This document shows positions 9,245 through 20,383 of a stretch of DNA of 29,761 nt, piece after piece. Both the position numbers and the translations under genes were made by a program. The stretch lies in the NCBI GenBank assembly GCA_965223905.1, contig CBDCXV010000004.1, positions 1 to 29,761 of the forward strand. The letters run 5' to 3'. Origin of the DNA: Candidatus Latescibacterota bacterium (GTDB lineage: Bacteria > Latescibacterota > UBA2968 > UBA8231). The notes beneath the pieces are model-generated. The model saw only the letters and a program-made list of their open reading frames with translations. It ran no database searches and was not told the origin of the DNA. Within the stretch, counting starts at the first letter, position 1; every line of letters begins with the position of its first letter.

Positions 9245-9290
9245 TATAGGCAAAACAAGGCATCCCTTTGACTATAGGCAAAACAAGGCA
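9245..9290. repeat. 18-bp direct repeat TATAGGCAAAACAAGGCA x2 (period 28)
   Basis: Exact copies at 9245-9262 and 9273-9290. Confidence 0.9.
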
Positions 9291-9449
9291 CCTCTTTTTG
9301 CCCTCCATCAAGGCGCATCCAGTAGTCCTGTACATGTGAGTATGCGGGGACTTGGCCTGCAAGATGACCCAGGGCAGGAGATCAGATCGACCTGCTCTTC
9401 GAAGTGCTGCGCGAACTCTCGGGGGAGACAAAATCAACTCAGTACGGGA

Positions 9450-10010
9450 CGGAGCACTGGTCGGTGCCGTGTTGGGTGTGGGTGACGCCTGGGGGTTATC
9501 GTCCACCGCATCGGAACGCCCTTCTCTGCCACGGAAAGGGACAGCCTGGAGCGCCTCGGCATCGACTTCCGCAAAATCGACTGGTCGGCGTCGCTGCTAC
9601 TCGCTGCGGTGGGCAGGATCACTGCAAACCGGTTCATTGCAACCCAACTTTTTCGCCGCTGACAAAGATATCGCCGCCACGCTTCTGATCAGAGACGGTT
9701 TCGTGGGAGTCAGCGCTCCCAGGTTGATCTGGGACCACCGGGTCCTGGTGATGGTCGATCAGGATCCGACCACGGCTTTTTCGTGGCCGGTCATAGCTCC
9801 AGAGAGCTTCGACCAAACCGTCGATCGAACCCCATGGGCTGTGTATCTGGATCTGGGCGGACCTTTCCTCGTGAGAGAAATAAGGCTGCGCCATCTGGCG
9901 GACAGGCCGGACCATTTCCTGGAGGGGTTCACACTTGCCATCAGTGACATGCACGGTGGCGCAGGTCAAAGAAACCACTTCGCGTGAGATCCGCGTGGTC
10001 CCGGCGGAGA
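9450..10010 (+). pseudogene. Degraded fragment of a secreted protein gene
   Basis: Protein-like segment GSLQPNFF...MVDQDPTTAFSW...VYLDLGGPFLVREIRLRHLADRPDHFLEGFTLAISD ends early at 9987. The N-terminal part appears frameshifted and has no clean start. Confidence 0.4.
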
Positions 10011-10081
10011 GTCCATCCGGGCCGCGGCCTGCCGTGGCTCGCCTGCGGGGCAACTATATCAACGGGCTGTCAGACGGGCAC

Positions 10082-11461
10082 TCACTCCTCGTCTCTGCCG
10101 CAGAAGCGAAGCGCGTACAGGTCGGCGTCGTACATGACAAACCGCAGACGCACCGGCCGCCCGGCCAGGGGACCCACACCGGCCCCCGATTTCCACTGCA
10201 CCGCCAGGTCCGTCTGGTCCTGAAACAGCTCCGCCGAATCCGCCAGCGACAGCCCGGGGAAAGGCCTGCCGTTTTCGTCCTGGACCTCGACGCGGATGCT
10301 GCCGGCCGCGGAGGTGGACATGTTGAGCCGCAGCTGATCGCCGCTGAAGATCAGGGGCCTGGTGGTGAACTGGCCGCCGCTGTAGGGCGCCTGCACCGAG
10401 GCGAAGCCATCGAGGCGCAGCGTCAGGCGGCGGATGCAGGAGGTGGGCAAGCGCCAGTGCTCGGTCATGTAGAGCGACAGTTCCGCCGGTCCGGTGCGCA
10501 GCAGGCCACGCATGACGTAGACGCTGCGGTCGTGCCAGTTGCCGGGGTCGGGGCCCGGGCGCACGAAGGCTTCGGGGAAGAGGCGGTCGAAGCGGAGGCC
10601 GTCGCGGCTGCTCATCAGCACGGCGTCGTTGACCCCGGGGTACGGCCAGCCGGGCGTGGGGCTGCGGCTGTCGACAAAGCGCGAGGGGAACATCAGGTAG
10701 AGCCCGGGGGCACGCTCGTAGGGAACGCAGGAATTGGTGTACAAGTGCTCCAGCGGCGCATCCCCCGTGTCGATCGCTTGCAGCCGACTCCAGTGGACGA
10801 AGTCGTCGGAGGCGGCGGCGCGGATCCAGCGCACGCCTTCCTTGAAAGCGCGGGTGGCGCCGTGGCCCAGCTCGCCGTCGCGGCGAATGCCCCGGGTGTA
10901 CATGACGTACTTCCCGGTCCAAGGGTCGCGGAAGGCGATGTTGTGCGAGTCGAACGGGCCTTCGGTCTGGACCGGTTCAGGGTTCTTGCGCCAGTGCAGG
11001 CCGTCGGGCGAGGCCGCCGTGTAAATGGCACCGCGCCGGCCGATACCCTTGTAGCGCTCTTGAGCCGGGGCCTCCGGATCGAGGAACGGGGAGAAGTTGA
11101 CCAGGTCGGGATCGTCGATGACCAGGTTGTTGGCCGTCGAGCCCCGGAAGTCGACCAGGCCCAGCTCCGGTTTGTGCCAGGCGATGCCGTCGTTGCTTTC
11201 GGCATATGCCGTACAGGCCCTGTCTGTTCTGTTGTTGTCGGCGTGGGGGATGCAGCGGTACCAGGCGCGGAAGCGGCCGCCGTCCCTGAAGAGCACGGCG
11301 TAGGCAAGGCCGCCTTCCTCCCAGGGGTGGTCGATGCGCACCGCGGCGTTGCGGCGCACGGGCTGGTGGAGGACCTGGCGGGCGTCCTGCAACTCGCCGA
11401 TGAGGCGGCGGTCGAGCAGCAGCTGGCGGTCGCAGCCGATCGATATGGGTGTTTCCTGCAT
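10082..11461 (-). CDS. Glycoside hydrolase-like beta-propeller (GH32/43/130-like fold) with C-terminal beta-sandwich
   Basis: ATG at 11461 with AGGAGG RBS. Motifs YAESNDGIAWHKPELGL, SPDGLHW, FDSHN, SDDFVHWS, SRDGLRF, LRLDGFASV and VRLRFVMYDADLYALRF. Confidence 0.8.
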   Translation of the reverse strand: MQETPISIGCDRQLLLDRRLIGELQDARQVLHQPVRRNAAVRIDHPWEEGGLAYAVLFRDGGRFRAWYRCIPHADNNRTDRACTAYAESNDGIAWHKPELGLVDFRGSTANNLVIDDPDLVNFSPFLDPEAPAQERYKGIGRRGAIYTAASPDGLHWRKNPEPVQTEGPFDSHNIAFRDPWTGKYVMYTRGIRRDGELGHGATRAFKEGVRWIRAAASDDFVHWSRLQAIDTGDAPLEHLYTNSCVPYERAPGLYLMFPSRFVDSRSPTPGWPYPGVNDAVLMSSRDGLRFDRLFPEAFVRPGPDPGNWHDRSVYVMRGLLRTGPAELSLYMTEHWRLPTSCIRRLTLRLDGFASVQAPYSGGQFTTRPLIFSGDQLRLNMSTSAAGSIRVEVQDENGRPFPGLSLADSAELFQDQTDLAVQWKSGAGVGPLAGRPVRLRFVMYDADLYALRFCGRDEE

Positions 11462-11540
11462 GGAGGCCTCCTGGTCGGCGGGTAGTTTGATTTGCACGAC
11501 TTTAAGCACGAACCAGAACCGTAGAGAAGAGAAGACACCC

Positions 11541-12413
11541 ATGGACCGGAACTGCTTGCAGTACTGCATGACCGATGCGCAGCGGGATCATTTCGAGCAG
11601 CAGGGATACCTGGTCGTAGAGGATGCCCTCGACGACGACATGCTGGGAAGGCTGCTGGAAGCCGGCGATCGCGTCGATGCCCGGGAAAGGGCGGCGCGGG
11701 CCTTGGCCCCGGATTCCCTGATGATGAAGTTCAGGACCATCGTCGAGGACGATCTGTTTCTCGAACTGCTCGATTGGCCGAAGACCTTCCCGTTGATCTG
11801 GGACATTCTCGGCTGGAACGTCCAGCACTACATCTCGCACTTGATCTACTACCCGCCCGAATCCGGGGATGACGTCGATTCGAAACCGGGCGCATGGCAC
11901 CAGGACGGCGGGCGGCCGATCCCCGAAATGGAGCGTCCCCACCCCAGGCTGTCGCTGAAGATCGGATTCTGGCTTACCGACATCAGCGCGCCGGGCAGCG
12001 GGGGGATCAGGATCGTCCCCGAAAGCCACAAACGGGACCGGGCCCCCGATTTTGCCGATGCGATGCAGATCCAGGTGAAGGCGGGAACGGCCGTGCTGTT
12101 CGACCGGCGGATGTGGCATTCCCGCGGGATCAATTCCTCGGAGACGACCCGGAAAGTGCTGTTCCTGGGATACAGCTATCGTTGGCTGCGCGGCCTCGAC
12201 TACAACCTGATACCCGGTGAGATTCTCGAGAAGTGCGGTCCGATACGACGGCAGCTGCTCGGCGACGGGGTGGACGTCAAGGGGTGGTGGCAGCCGACGG
12301 AGGAGGACGTTCCCCTGAAGGGCTGGCTGGCCGAGCACATGGGAGAAGAGTACGTCGAGCGCATCGGGCAGAAGCAGTGGGAAAGGAAGAAGTGGGAAGT
12401 ACCTGCCGGCTGA
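11541..12413 (+). CDS. Phytanoyl-CoA dioxygenase (PhyH)-family Fe(II)/2-oxoglutarate dioxygenase
   Basis: FEQQGYLVVEDAL, WHQD (HxD), IVPESH, AGTAVLFDRRMWH (distal His) and N-S-S-x-T-T-R. Divergent from the previous gene across 79 bp. Confidence 0.9.
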   Translation: MDRNCLQYCMTDAQRDHFEQQGYLVVEDALDDDMLGRLLEAGDRVDARERAARALAPDSLMMKFRTIVEDDLFLELLDWPKTFPLIWDILGWNVQHYISHLIYYPPESGDDVDSKPGAWHQDGGRPIPEMERPHPRLSLKIGFWLTDISAPGSGGIRIVPESHKRDRAPDFADAMQIQVKAGTAVLFDRRMWHSRGINSSETTRKVLFLGYSYRWLRGLDYNLIPGEILEKCGPIRRQLLGDGVDVKGWWQPTEEDVPLKGWLAEHMGEEYVERIGQKQWERKKWEVPAG

Positions 12414-12551
12414 CTGCAAACAGCCGGGCAGCGTCCCTCCCTCGGGATCGGCGACAGGCAAAGGGCGGCCGGACCCGGAATATTTGCACCGGAGTTCTGA
12501 CCTGGGCTGAATCAGCCGGCGCACGAAAAGCCCGCAAAGGAAGCGAAGAGC

Positions 12552-15092
12552 ATGACCAACGCGAAGATACTGATCGTCGAAGGGGACAAAGCCGTTGCCG
12601 CACACCTGCAGGAGTGCCTGCAAAACCTCGGGTACAGGGTGTGCGCCGCGGTTTCCCGCGGCCGCGAGGCGGTAGAGAAAGCCGCGGCCTCGCCGCCCGA
12701 CCTGGCCCTGGTCGACCTGGGGCTGGAAGGGGAGCTCACCGGCCCGGAAACAGGCGAGCGGATCGGGAGCAGGTTCGGCGTTCCGGTGGCGTACCTGATC
12801 GACGAAGCCGGGGAAGACCTGCTGCAACGGGCGCAGGCGACCGCTCCCTTCGGCTACGTGCTGATGCCCTTCGACGAGCGCCAACTGCACCTGACCATCC
12901 TGACCGCCCTCTCCCTGCACGAGAGGGAAAGCAGGCACCGGGAGACGGAGACCCGTCTGAAGCGGATCGTCAGGAAATACAGGGACCTCACCCGGCTCTT
13001 GAAAACCGTGTTCGACGGCATGAGCGAGGGCGTGGTTGCCGTCAGCGAGAAGGGCGTGCCGCTGGTCTACAACGAGAGCGCGCGGAAGATGGCCGGAATC
13101 TATCCGCTGGAGGAAGACATCAGCAAATGGCCCGAGAAATACGGTGTCTTTCAACCCGATGGTAAGGCGGTCCTCAGGGCCGACCGGAATCCCCTGTTGC
13201 TGGCCCTGAAGGGCCAGGCCACGGACGGGGTGGAGGTGTTCATCCGCAACGAGCTGAAGCCGGAAGGTCTTCATGTCAGACTCAACGGCAGGCCCCTGCT
13301 GGGAAAAGCAGGGGTTACGAAAGGGGCCGTGGTCGTCGTCCACGATACCACCAGGCTCAAGCAGACGGAAGCCCAGCTGGAACAGACGATTGCCCGCCTG
13401 CAAAACCAGGCCCAACTCATGGACACCTTGTTGAACAGCATGGGAGAGGGCGTGGTCGCCATGGGGGAAGACGGGACCCTCCTGTTTTACAACGAGAGCG
13501 GGCGGCAGATAGGCGGCCACCATCCCCTGGAGGAAGATATCGCCAAGTGGCCCACGACATACGGCGTTTTTCAACCCGATGGAGAAACGGTCCTCACCGA
13601 GGAGCTGAATCCGCTGCTGCTTGCCGTGAAGGGCCGGGCCACGGACGACGTCGACCTGTTCATACGCAACGAGCAGAGGCCGGAGGGTGTCTACGTCAGT
13701 GTCACCGGCAGGCCCCTGGTGAGCGGTCCGGGCGCTCCGAAAGGGGGAATGGTCGTCATCCGCGACGTCACCCGGGTCAAGCAGGCGGAAGCCGAGCTCG
13801 AACGGACGCTTGCCCTGCAGCAGGAACAGACCCGGCTCATGGAGACCACCTTCAAAAGCATCAGCGACGGCATCGTCGTCGCCGACGCGGAGGGGAAATT
13901 CCTCTACGTCAATCCCGGTGCCGAACAGATCGTCGGCATGGGCATAGAGGACGGGCCGCCGGAGGAGTGGGCCGGGAAATACGGTGTTTGCCATCCCGAC
14001 CGGAAAACACCGATGAAGAAGGAGGATCTGCCGCTGGTCCGCGCCATCCACCGCGGCGAGTCCACCGACGAGGAGGACATGTTCATCCGCAATGCGAAGA
14101 AGCCGAACGGCGTCTACATCCGGGTGAGCGCGCGGCCGCTGCTCGACAAGGTCGGCGGCATCCGGGGCGGCGTGATCATCTTCCGCGACGTCACCCGGCG
14201 CAGACTCGCCGAGGAGGCCCTGGCGCGGGCCTTCGCGCAGGGGCGGTCGGAGATCGTCGATACCATTCTCCACAACATCGGCAACGCCATCAACAGCGTC
14301 ACCACGGGCATCGAGACCGTGCGCCGGAACCTGGTGAACGACCCGGTCGGCCGCCGTCTCTCCGCCCTGGCCGCGGCGGTGCGGGAGCACCGGGAGGACT
14401 GGCTCGACTACATCGCCAACGACCCGCAGGGCCGCAAGGTGATGCCCTTCATCGTCGAGCTCGCCGAAGGCTCTTCCAGGCGCAACGAAGAGCTGATGAA
14501 GACGGTGGGCCGCGTCCGCGACCGGGCCAACCATATCGCCGACATCGTCCGCACCCAGAAGGGGCTGGCCCGTCCCGGCAGCATGGATCGCAAGGACATC
14601 GACCTGCCCAAGGCGCTCGCCGGCGCCGTCAGGGTGTTGCGGGATTCGCTCAACAAGAGGGGCATCCAGGTCGCCATCGACTGCGACGACGCGCCCAGGA
14701 AGATCCGCATCCAGGAGAGCCAGTTTCACCAGATGCTGGTCAACCTGATCAAGAATTCCTTCGAAGCCATCGACGAGCTCGCCGCCGCGCAGGGACTCGA
14801 CGACACCCCCCTCATCCGCATCAGGGCCAGTGCCGGGGAGGAATTCCTCGACCTCGAAGTGGCCGACAACGGCATCGGCATCGGCAACAAGGACACCAGG
14901 GAGCTTTTCTCCTCCGGCTACACGACGAAACAGTCGGGGAGCGGGCTCGGTCTCCATTCGGCCGCCAACTTCGTCATTGCCCTCGGGGGGCGCATTCAGC
15001 CGTTGAGCGAGGGCACCGGAAAGGGGACGACCATGCGCGTGACGCTGCCGCTTTCCGCGGTCGCCCCCCACGCAACGGCGGGAGCCGATTAG
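12552..15092 (+). CDS. Cytoplasmic sensor histidine kinase: atypical REC + 3 PAS + HisKA-like + HATPase
   Basis: REC ([17 protein letters not shown]); three PAS repeats (SEGVV.../YGVFQPDG/FIRN/GRPL); H-box [12 protein letters not shown]; N-box NLIKNSFEAI; G1 DNGIGI; G2 [11 protein letters not shown]. No transmembrane segment seen. Confidence 0.93.
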   Translation: MTNAKILIVEGDKAVAAHLQECLQNLGYRVCAAVSRGREAVEKAAASPPDLALVDLGLEGELTGPETGERIGSRFGVPVAYLIDEAGEDLLQRAQATAPFGYVLMPFDERQLHLTILTALSLHERESRHRETETRLKRIVRKYRDLTRLLKTVFDGMSEGVVAVSEKGVPLVYNESARKMAGIYPLEEDISKWPEKYGVFQPDGKAVLRADRNPLLLALKGQATDGVEVFIRNELKPEGLHVRLNGRPLLGKAGVTKGAVVVVHDTTRLKQTEAQLEQTIARLQNQAQLMDTLLNSMGEGVVAMGEDGTLLFYNESGRQIGGHHPLEEDIAKWPTTYGVFQPDGETVLTEELNPLLLAVKGRATDDVDLFIRNEQRPEGVYVSVTGRPLVSGPGAPKGGMVVIRDVTRVKQAEAELERTLALQQEQTRLMETTFKSISDGIVVADAEGKFLYVNPGAEQIVGMGIEDGPPEEWAGKYGVCHPDRKTPMKKEDLPLVRAIHRGESTDEEDMFIRNAKKPNGVYIRVSARPLLDKVGGIRGGVIIFRDVTRRRLAEEALARAFAQGRSEIVDTILHNIGNAINSVTTGIETVRRNLVNDPVGRRLSALAAAVREHREDWLDYIANDPQGRKVMPFIVELAEGSSRRNEELMKTVGRVRDRANHIADIVRTQKGLARPGSMDRKDIDLPKALAGAVRVLRDSLNKRGIQVAIDCDDAPRKIRIQESQFHQMLVNLIKNSFEAIDELAAAQGLDDTPLIRIRASAGEEFLDLEVADNGIGIGNKDTRELFSSGYTTKQSGSGLGLHSAANFVIALGGRIQPLSEGTGKGTTMRVTLPLSAVAPHATAGAD

Positions 15093-15202
15093 CTGGAAAC
15101 CGGTCCGATGCGCCCGTTGCCGGCCGGGAGCGGGCCCGGTGAATTCCTTGCCTGTGCGAAGAATGAATCGCTAATTTGTCGATGAGAAACAGGGGAGCTG
15201 CC

Positions 15203-15532
15203 ATGAGCCTGATCGTCTCGGAAGTCTACGATGCGCTGATCGAAGCGGGTACGTCCGAAGAGAAGGCCAAGGCCGCCGCCGGGGCCATACCCCTGGCCGA
15301 GCGGCTGGCCACCAAGGAGGACCTGGCCGAGCTGAAAGCCAGCGTCAAGGAGGACCTGGACGCGCTGAAAGCCAGCGTCAAGGAGGACCTGGACGCGCTG
15401 AAAGCCAGCTTCGATGAGCGCTTTGCCAGAATCGATGAGCGCTTTGCCAGAATCGAGCGCGACCTCGGCCTGCTCAAGTTCGGCTACGGCCCGGCCATCC
15501 TGGCCCTGCTCGTCAAGATCGCCTTCTTCTAG
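15203..15532 (+). CDS. Small coiled-coil protein with C-terminal hydrophobic anchor (CCDC90/DUF1640-like)
   Basis: GGGGAG RBS; EVYDALIEAG..EEKAKAAA head, LATKEDL motif, coiled-coil stalk and hydrophobic tail FGYGPAILALLVKIAFF. Confidence 0.75.
   Translation: MSLIVSEVYDALIEAGTSEEKAKAAAGAIPLAERLATKEDLAELKASVKEDLDALKASVKEDLDALKASFDERFARIDERFARIERDLGLLKFGYGPAILALLVKIAFF
15313..15453 (+). repeat. In-frame tandem repeats: 3 x 33 bp then 2 x 21 bp
   Basis: Units of the form CAAGGAGGACCTGGACGCGCTGAAAGCCAGCGT start at 15313, 15346 and 15379. CGATGAGCGCTTTGCCAGAAT occurs at 15412 and 15433. Confidence 0.9.
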
Positions 15533-15800
15533 CGCCGTCCTCACGGACGGACCCCCGTTGCCGTTGATGGGCCGGTTCGCGCCGTGAACCGGCGGCGGCG
15601 CCGGTACCGAAGCCCCCGCCGCCAAGCCCCCCCCCCCCCGGGCCGCCAGGCCCCCGCCGCCGCGGCCCTCCGGTTTCCCCCCACCCTGTAGCCTCATCTG
15701 GACGACACCCCCCTTCTCTGTTCAACTTCACGTGGACAGAACACGTATGCATCTGTGGTTGCTCACGTGTGTTGTTCCCGGGACCGCGGCGCCACTGCCG

Positions 15801-15957
15801 CTGTGTTGCAAAACGCGACTTGAGTCTCAAATTGCCACACAGCCTCTGTTTCACCCTCGTATTTTCCCCATAACTCCTTTGTAGACATCCAGTTATAGCC
15901 CCTGTTACAGCGGGAATGCGGCCTTTCGGCGGCTTTTCGTGAAGCATTTTGCGACAC
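15801..15957. promoter_or_regulatory. Candidate upstream activator sites for a sigma54 enhancer-binding protein
   Basis: Imperfect inverted repeat at 15801-15842 (CTGTGTTGCAAAACGCGACT-TG-AGTCTCAAATTGCCACACAG, arms 15/20). Related site GTGAAGCATTTTGCGACAC at 15939-15957. These lie ~80-235 bp upstream of the -24/-12 element. Confidence 0.5.
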
Positions 15958-16035
15958 GCCGGCCGAAATCCAATCGTTCAGGAAAAGCACTCCAACTCCT
16001 TTAACTACAATAAGTTGGACCTTTTTTTTCGAGAG

Positions 16036-16051
16036 CGGCACGGATTTTGCA
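16036..16051 (+). promoter_or_regulatory. Sigma54 (RpoN) -24/-12 promoter
   Basis: CGGCACGGATTTTGCA matches the consensus TGGCACG-N4-TTGC with exact GG-N10-GC spacing. An A/T-rich tract lies just upstream (possible IHF site), and the site is ~135 bp upstream of the second kinase. Confidence 0.8.
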
Positions 16052-16186
16052 ATACATATCCGGTGATTTGCCCGATTTCCACGCTGGCGAGGGCGCCGGC
16101 CGCCGTGCGCGGGGTCGTTGATTCTCGCGGAACGGCCGCTGCTGATACATCCGCCCCCGTAAGATGCCCGAAAAGGACGCAACCAG

Positions 16187-18345
16187 TTGACCAACGCCAG
16201 GGATACTGATCGTCGGATACTGATCGTCGACGGCGACGAGTGCGGCGCCGCGCACCTCGAAGAGTGCCTGAAATCCCGGGGATACACGGTGTGCGCCGCG
16301 GTTTCCAGCGGCCGCCGGGCCCTGGAAAGAGCCGGGGCCGCGCGACCCGACCTGGCCCTGGTCGATCTCGGGCTCGAAGGGGAGCTGACGGGCCCGGAAA
16401 CGGGGGAGCGGATCGGCAGCCGGTTCGGAGTTCCCGTGGTCTACCTGACCGACGAGGCCGATGGAGAGCTGCTGCAACGGGGGCGGGCGACCGACCCGTT
16501 CGGCTACGTGCTCAGGCCGTTCGAAGAGGGCCAGCTGCACCTGAACATCCAGGCCGCCGTCTCCAGGCACGAGAGAGAACGCAGCCATGGAGAGGCGCGG
16601 GGGCTGGAACGGACGCTCGCCCTGCAGCAGGAACAGGCCGGCCTCATGGAGACCATCTTCAGCAGCATCAGCGACGGCGTGGTGGTCGCCGACGCAGCGG
16701 GCAGGTTCACCCTGTTCAACCCCAGCGCCGAAAAGATCGTCGGCGCCGGCATGCTGGATCTGCCGCCCGAACGATGGACCGGGAGATACGGGGTCTTCTA
16801 TCCCGACAAGACGACCCACGTGCCCACGGAACGGCTGCCCCTGGTGCGCGCCATGCGGGGCGAGGCGACCGACGGGATCGAGCTGTTCATCCGCAACGAG
16901 AAAAGGCCGGACGGGGTGTACATCAGCCTCAGCGGGCGGCCGCTGCAGGCCGAGGTGGAGGGGCACGGCGGCGGCGTGATCGTGTTCCGCGACGTCACCC
17001 GCCAGAAGCAGGCGGAGGCGGAACTGGCGGAGACGATGGCGGAGCTGCGCAATCAGAACGAGCTCATAGATACCGCGTTCAGGAGCATCAGCGACGGCAT
17101 CGTCGTCGCCAACGCCAAGGGGGAATTCCTCTACGTGAACCCCGGCGCCGAGCAGATCGTCGGCATGGGCGCGACGGATGCGCCGCAGGGGGAGTGGGCC
17201 GAGAAGTACGGCACCTATCATCCCGACCGGGAAACGCCGATGAAGACGGAGGATCTGCCCCTGATCCGCGCCATCCACCGCGGCGAGTCCACCGACGAGG
17301 AGGACGTGTTCATCCGCAATGCGAAGAAGCCGAACGGCGTCTACATCCGGGTGAGCGCGCGGCCGCTGCTCGACAAGGTCGGCGGCATCCGGGGCGGCGT
17401 GATCATCTTCCGCGACGTCACCGAGCGCCTGCTCGCCGAGGATGCCCTGGCGCGGGCCTTCGCGCAGGGGCGGTCGGAGATCGTCGAAACCATTCTCCAC
17501 AACATCGGCAACGCCATCAACAGCGTCACCACGGGCATCGAGACCGTGCGCCGGAACCTGGTGAACGACCCGGTCGGCCGCCGTCTCTTCGCCCTGGCCG
17601 CGGCGGTGCGGGAGCACCGGGAGGACTGGCTCGACTACATCGCCAACGACCCGCAGGGCCGCAAGGTGATGCCCTTCATCGTCGAGCTCGCCCAAGGCTC
17701 TTCCAGGCGCAACGAAGAGCTGATGAGGACCGTGGACCGCGTCCGCGACCGGGCCAACCATATCGCCGACATCGTCCGCACCCAGAAGGCGCTCGCCGGT
17801 CCCGGCATGGACCGCAAGGACGTCGACCTGCCCCAGGCGCTCGCCGGCGCCGTCAGGGTGTTGCGGGATTCGCTCAACAAGAGGGGCATCCAGGTCGCCA
17901 TCGACTGCGACGACGCGCCCCGGAAGATCCGCATCCAGGAGAGCCAGTTTCACCAGATGCTGGTCAACCTGGTCAAGAATTCCTTCGAAGCCATCGACGA
18001 GCTCGCCGCCGCCCAGGGACTCGACGACACCCCCCTCATCCGCATCAGGGCCAGTGCCGGGGAGGAATTCCTCGACCTCGAAGTGGCCGACAACGGCATC
18101 GGCATCGGCAACAAGGACACCAGGGAGCTCTTCTCCCCCGGCTACACGACGAAACAGTCGGGGAGCGGGCTCGGTCTCCATTCGGCCGCCAACTTCGTCA
18201 TTGCCATAGGAGGGCGCATTCAGCCGTTGAGCGAGGGCACCGGAAAGGGAACGACCATGCGCGTGACGCTGCCGCTTTCCGCGGTCGCCCCCCACGCAAC
18301 CGCGGGAGAACGGCAGCAATGGCCGGCAGAGAGGGTGGTTCGGGA

Positions 18346-18349
<4 letters not shown>
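16187..18349 (+). CDS. Cytoplasmic sensor histidine kinase: atypical REC + 2 PAS + HisKA-like + HATPase (paralog of 12552-15092)
   Basis: TTG start MTNA parallels kinase 1. Same H/N/G boxes, and the C-terminal part is nearly identical at DNA level. Stop overlaps the next ATG (ATGA). Confidence 0.92.
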
Positions 18350-20232
<1,883 letters not shown>

Positions 20233-20383
20233 GCGGGGGCCGCCGGCGGCCGTCAACCGGTCTTCAATGAACAAAGTCGTTGCCATGCACTTGGAGCGGC
20301 ATTCACACGCGGGGTTTCGGCCTACACCAAGGAACAGGAGGGCCGGGATGTTCAACAGAATGTTCAACAGGAAGGAGAGCATA

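Larger units (their letters stand above)
6050..9290. mobile_element. Putative horizontally acquired defence island (boundaries approximate, no integrase in window)
   Basis: Visibly more A/T-rich, with more A/T-ending codons than the flanking genes. Bordered on the right by a tRNA fragment, a truncated gene tail and a direct repeat. Confidence 0.55.

Noticed and set aside
9245-9290. Mini CRISPR array
   Set aside because: Only two 18-bp repeats with a 10-bp spacer and no cas genes.
11502-15071. Very long antisense and alternate-frame ORFs (e.g. 11502-15071 -, 16001-18319 -, 21776-25057 -, 4163-6145 +, 22288-25077 +)
   Set aside because: Shadow ORFs of high-GC genes: Arg/Pro/Gly-rich or mirror translations with no motifs, overlapping well-supported CDSs.
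15137-15152. Second sigma54-like site CGGTGAATTCCTTGCC
   Set aside because: The GG-N10-GC spacing is right, but the -24 box lacks CAC; too weak to call.
15571-15593. Hairpin GCCGGTTCGC-GCC-GTGAACCGGC after the coiled-coil gene
   Set aside because: No U-tract follows, so it cannot be called an intrinsic terminator.
16240-18345. Apparent 1330-aa ORF extending the sigma54 activator upstream
   Set aside because: The first 702 codons are an off-frame shadow of kinase 2. The real start is the ATGA overlap at 18346.
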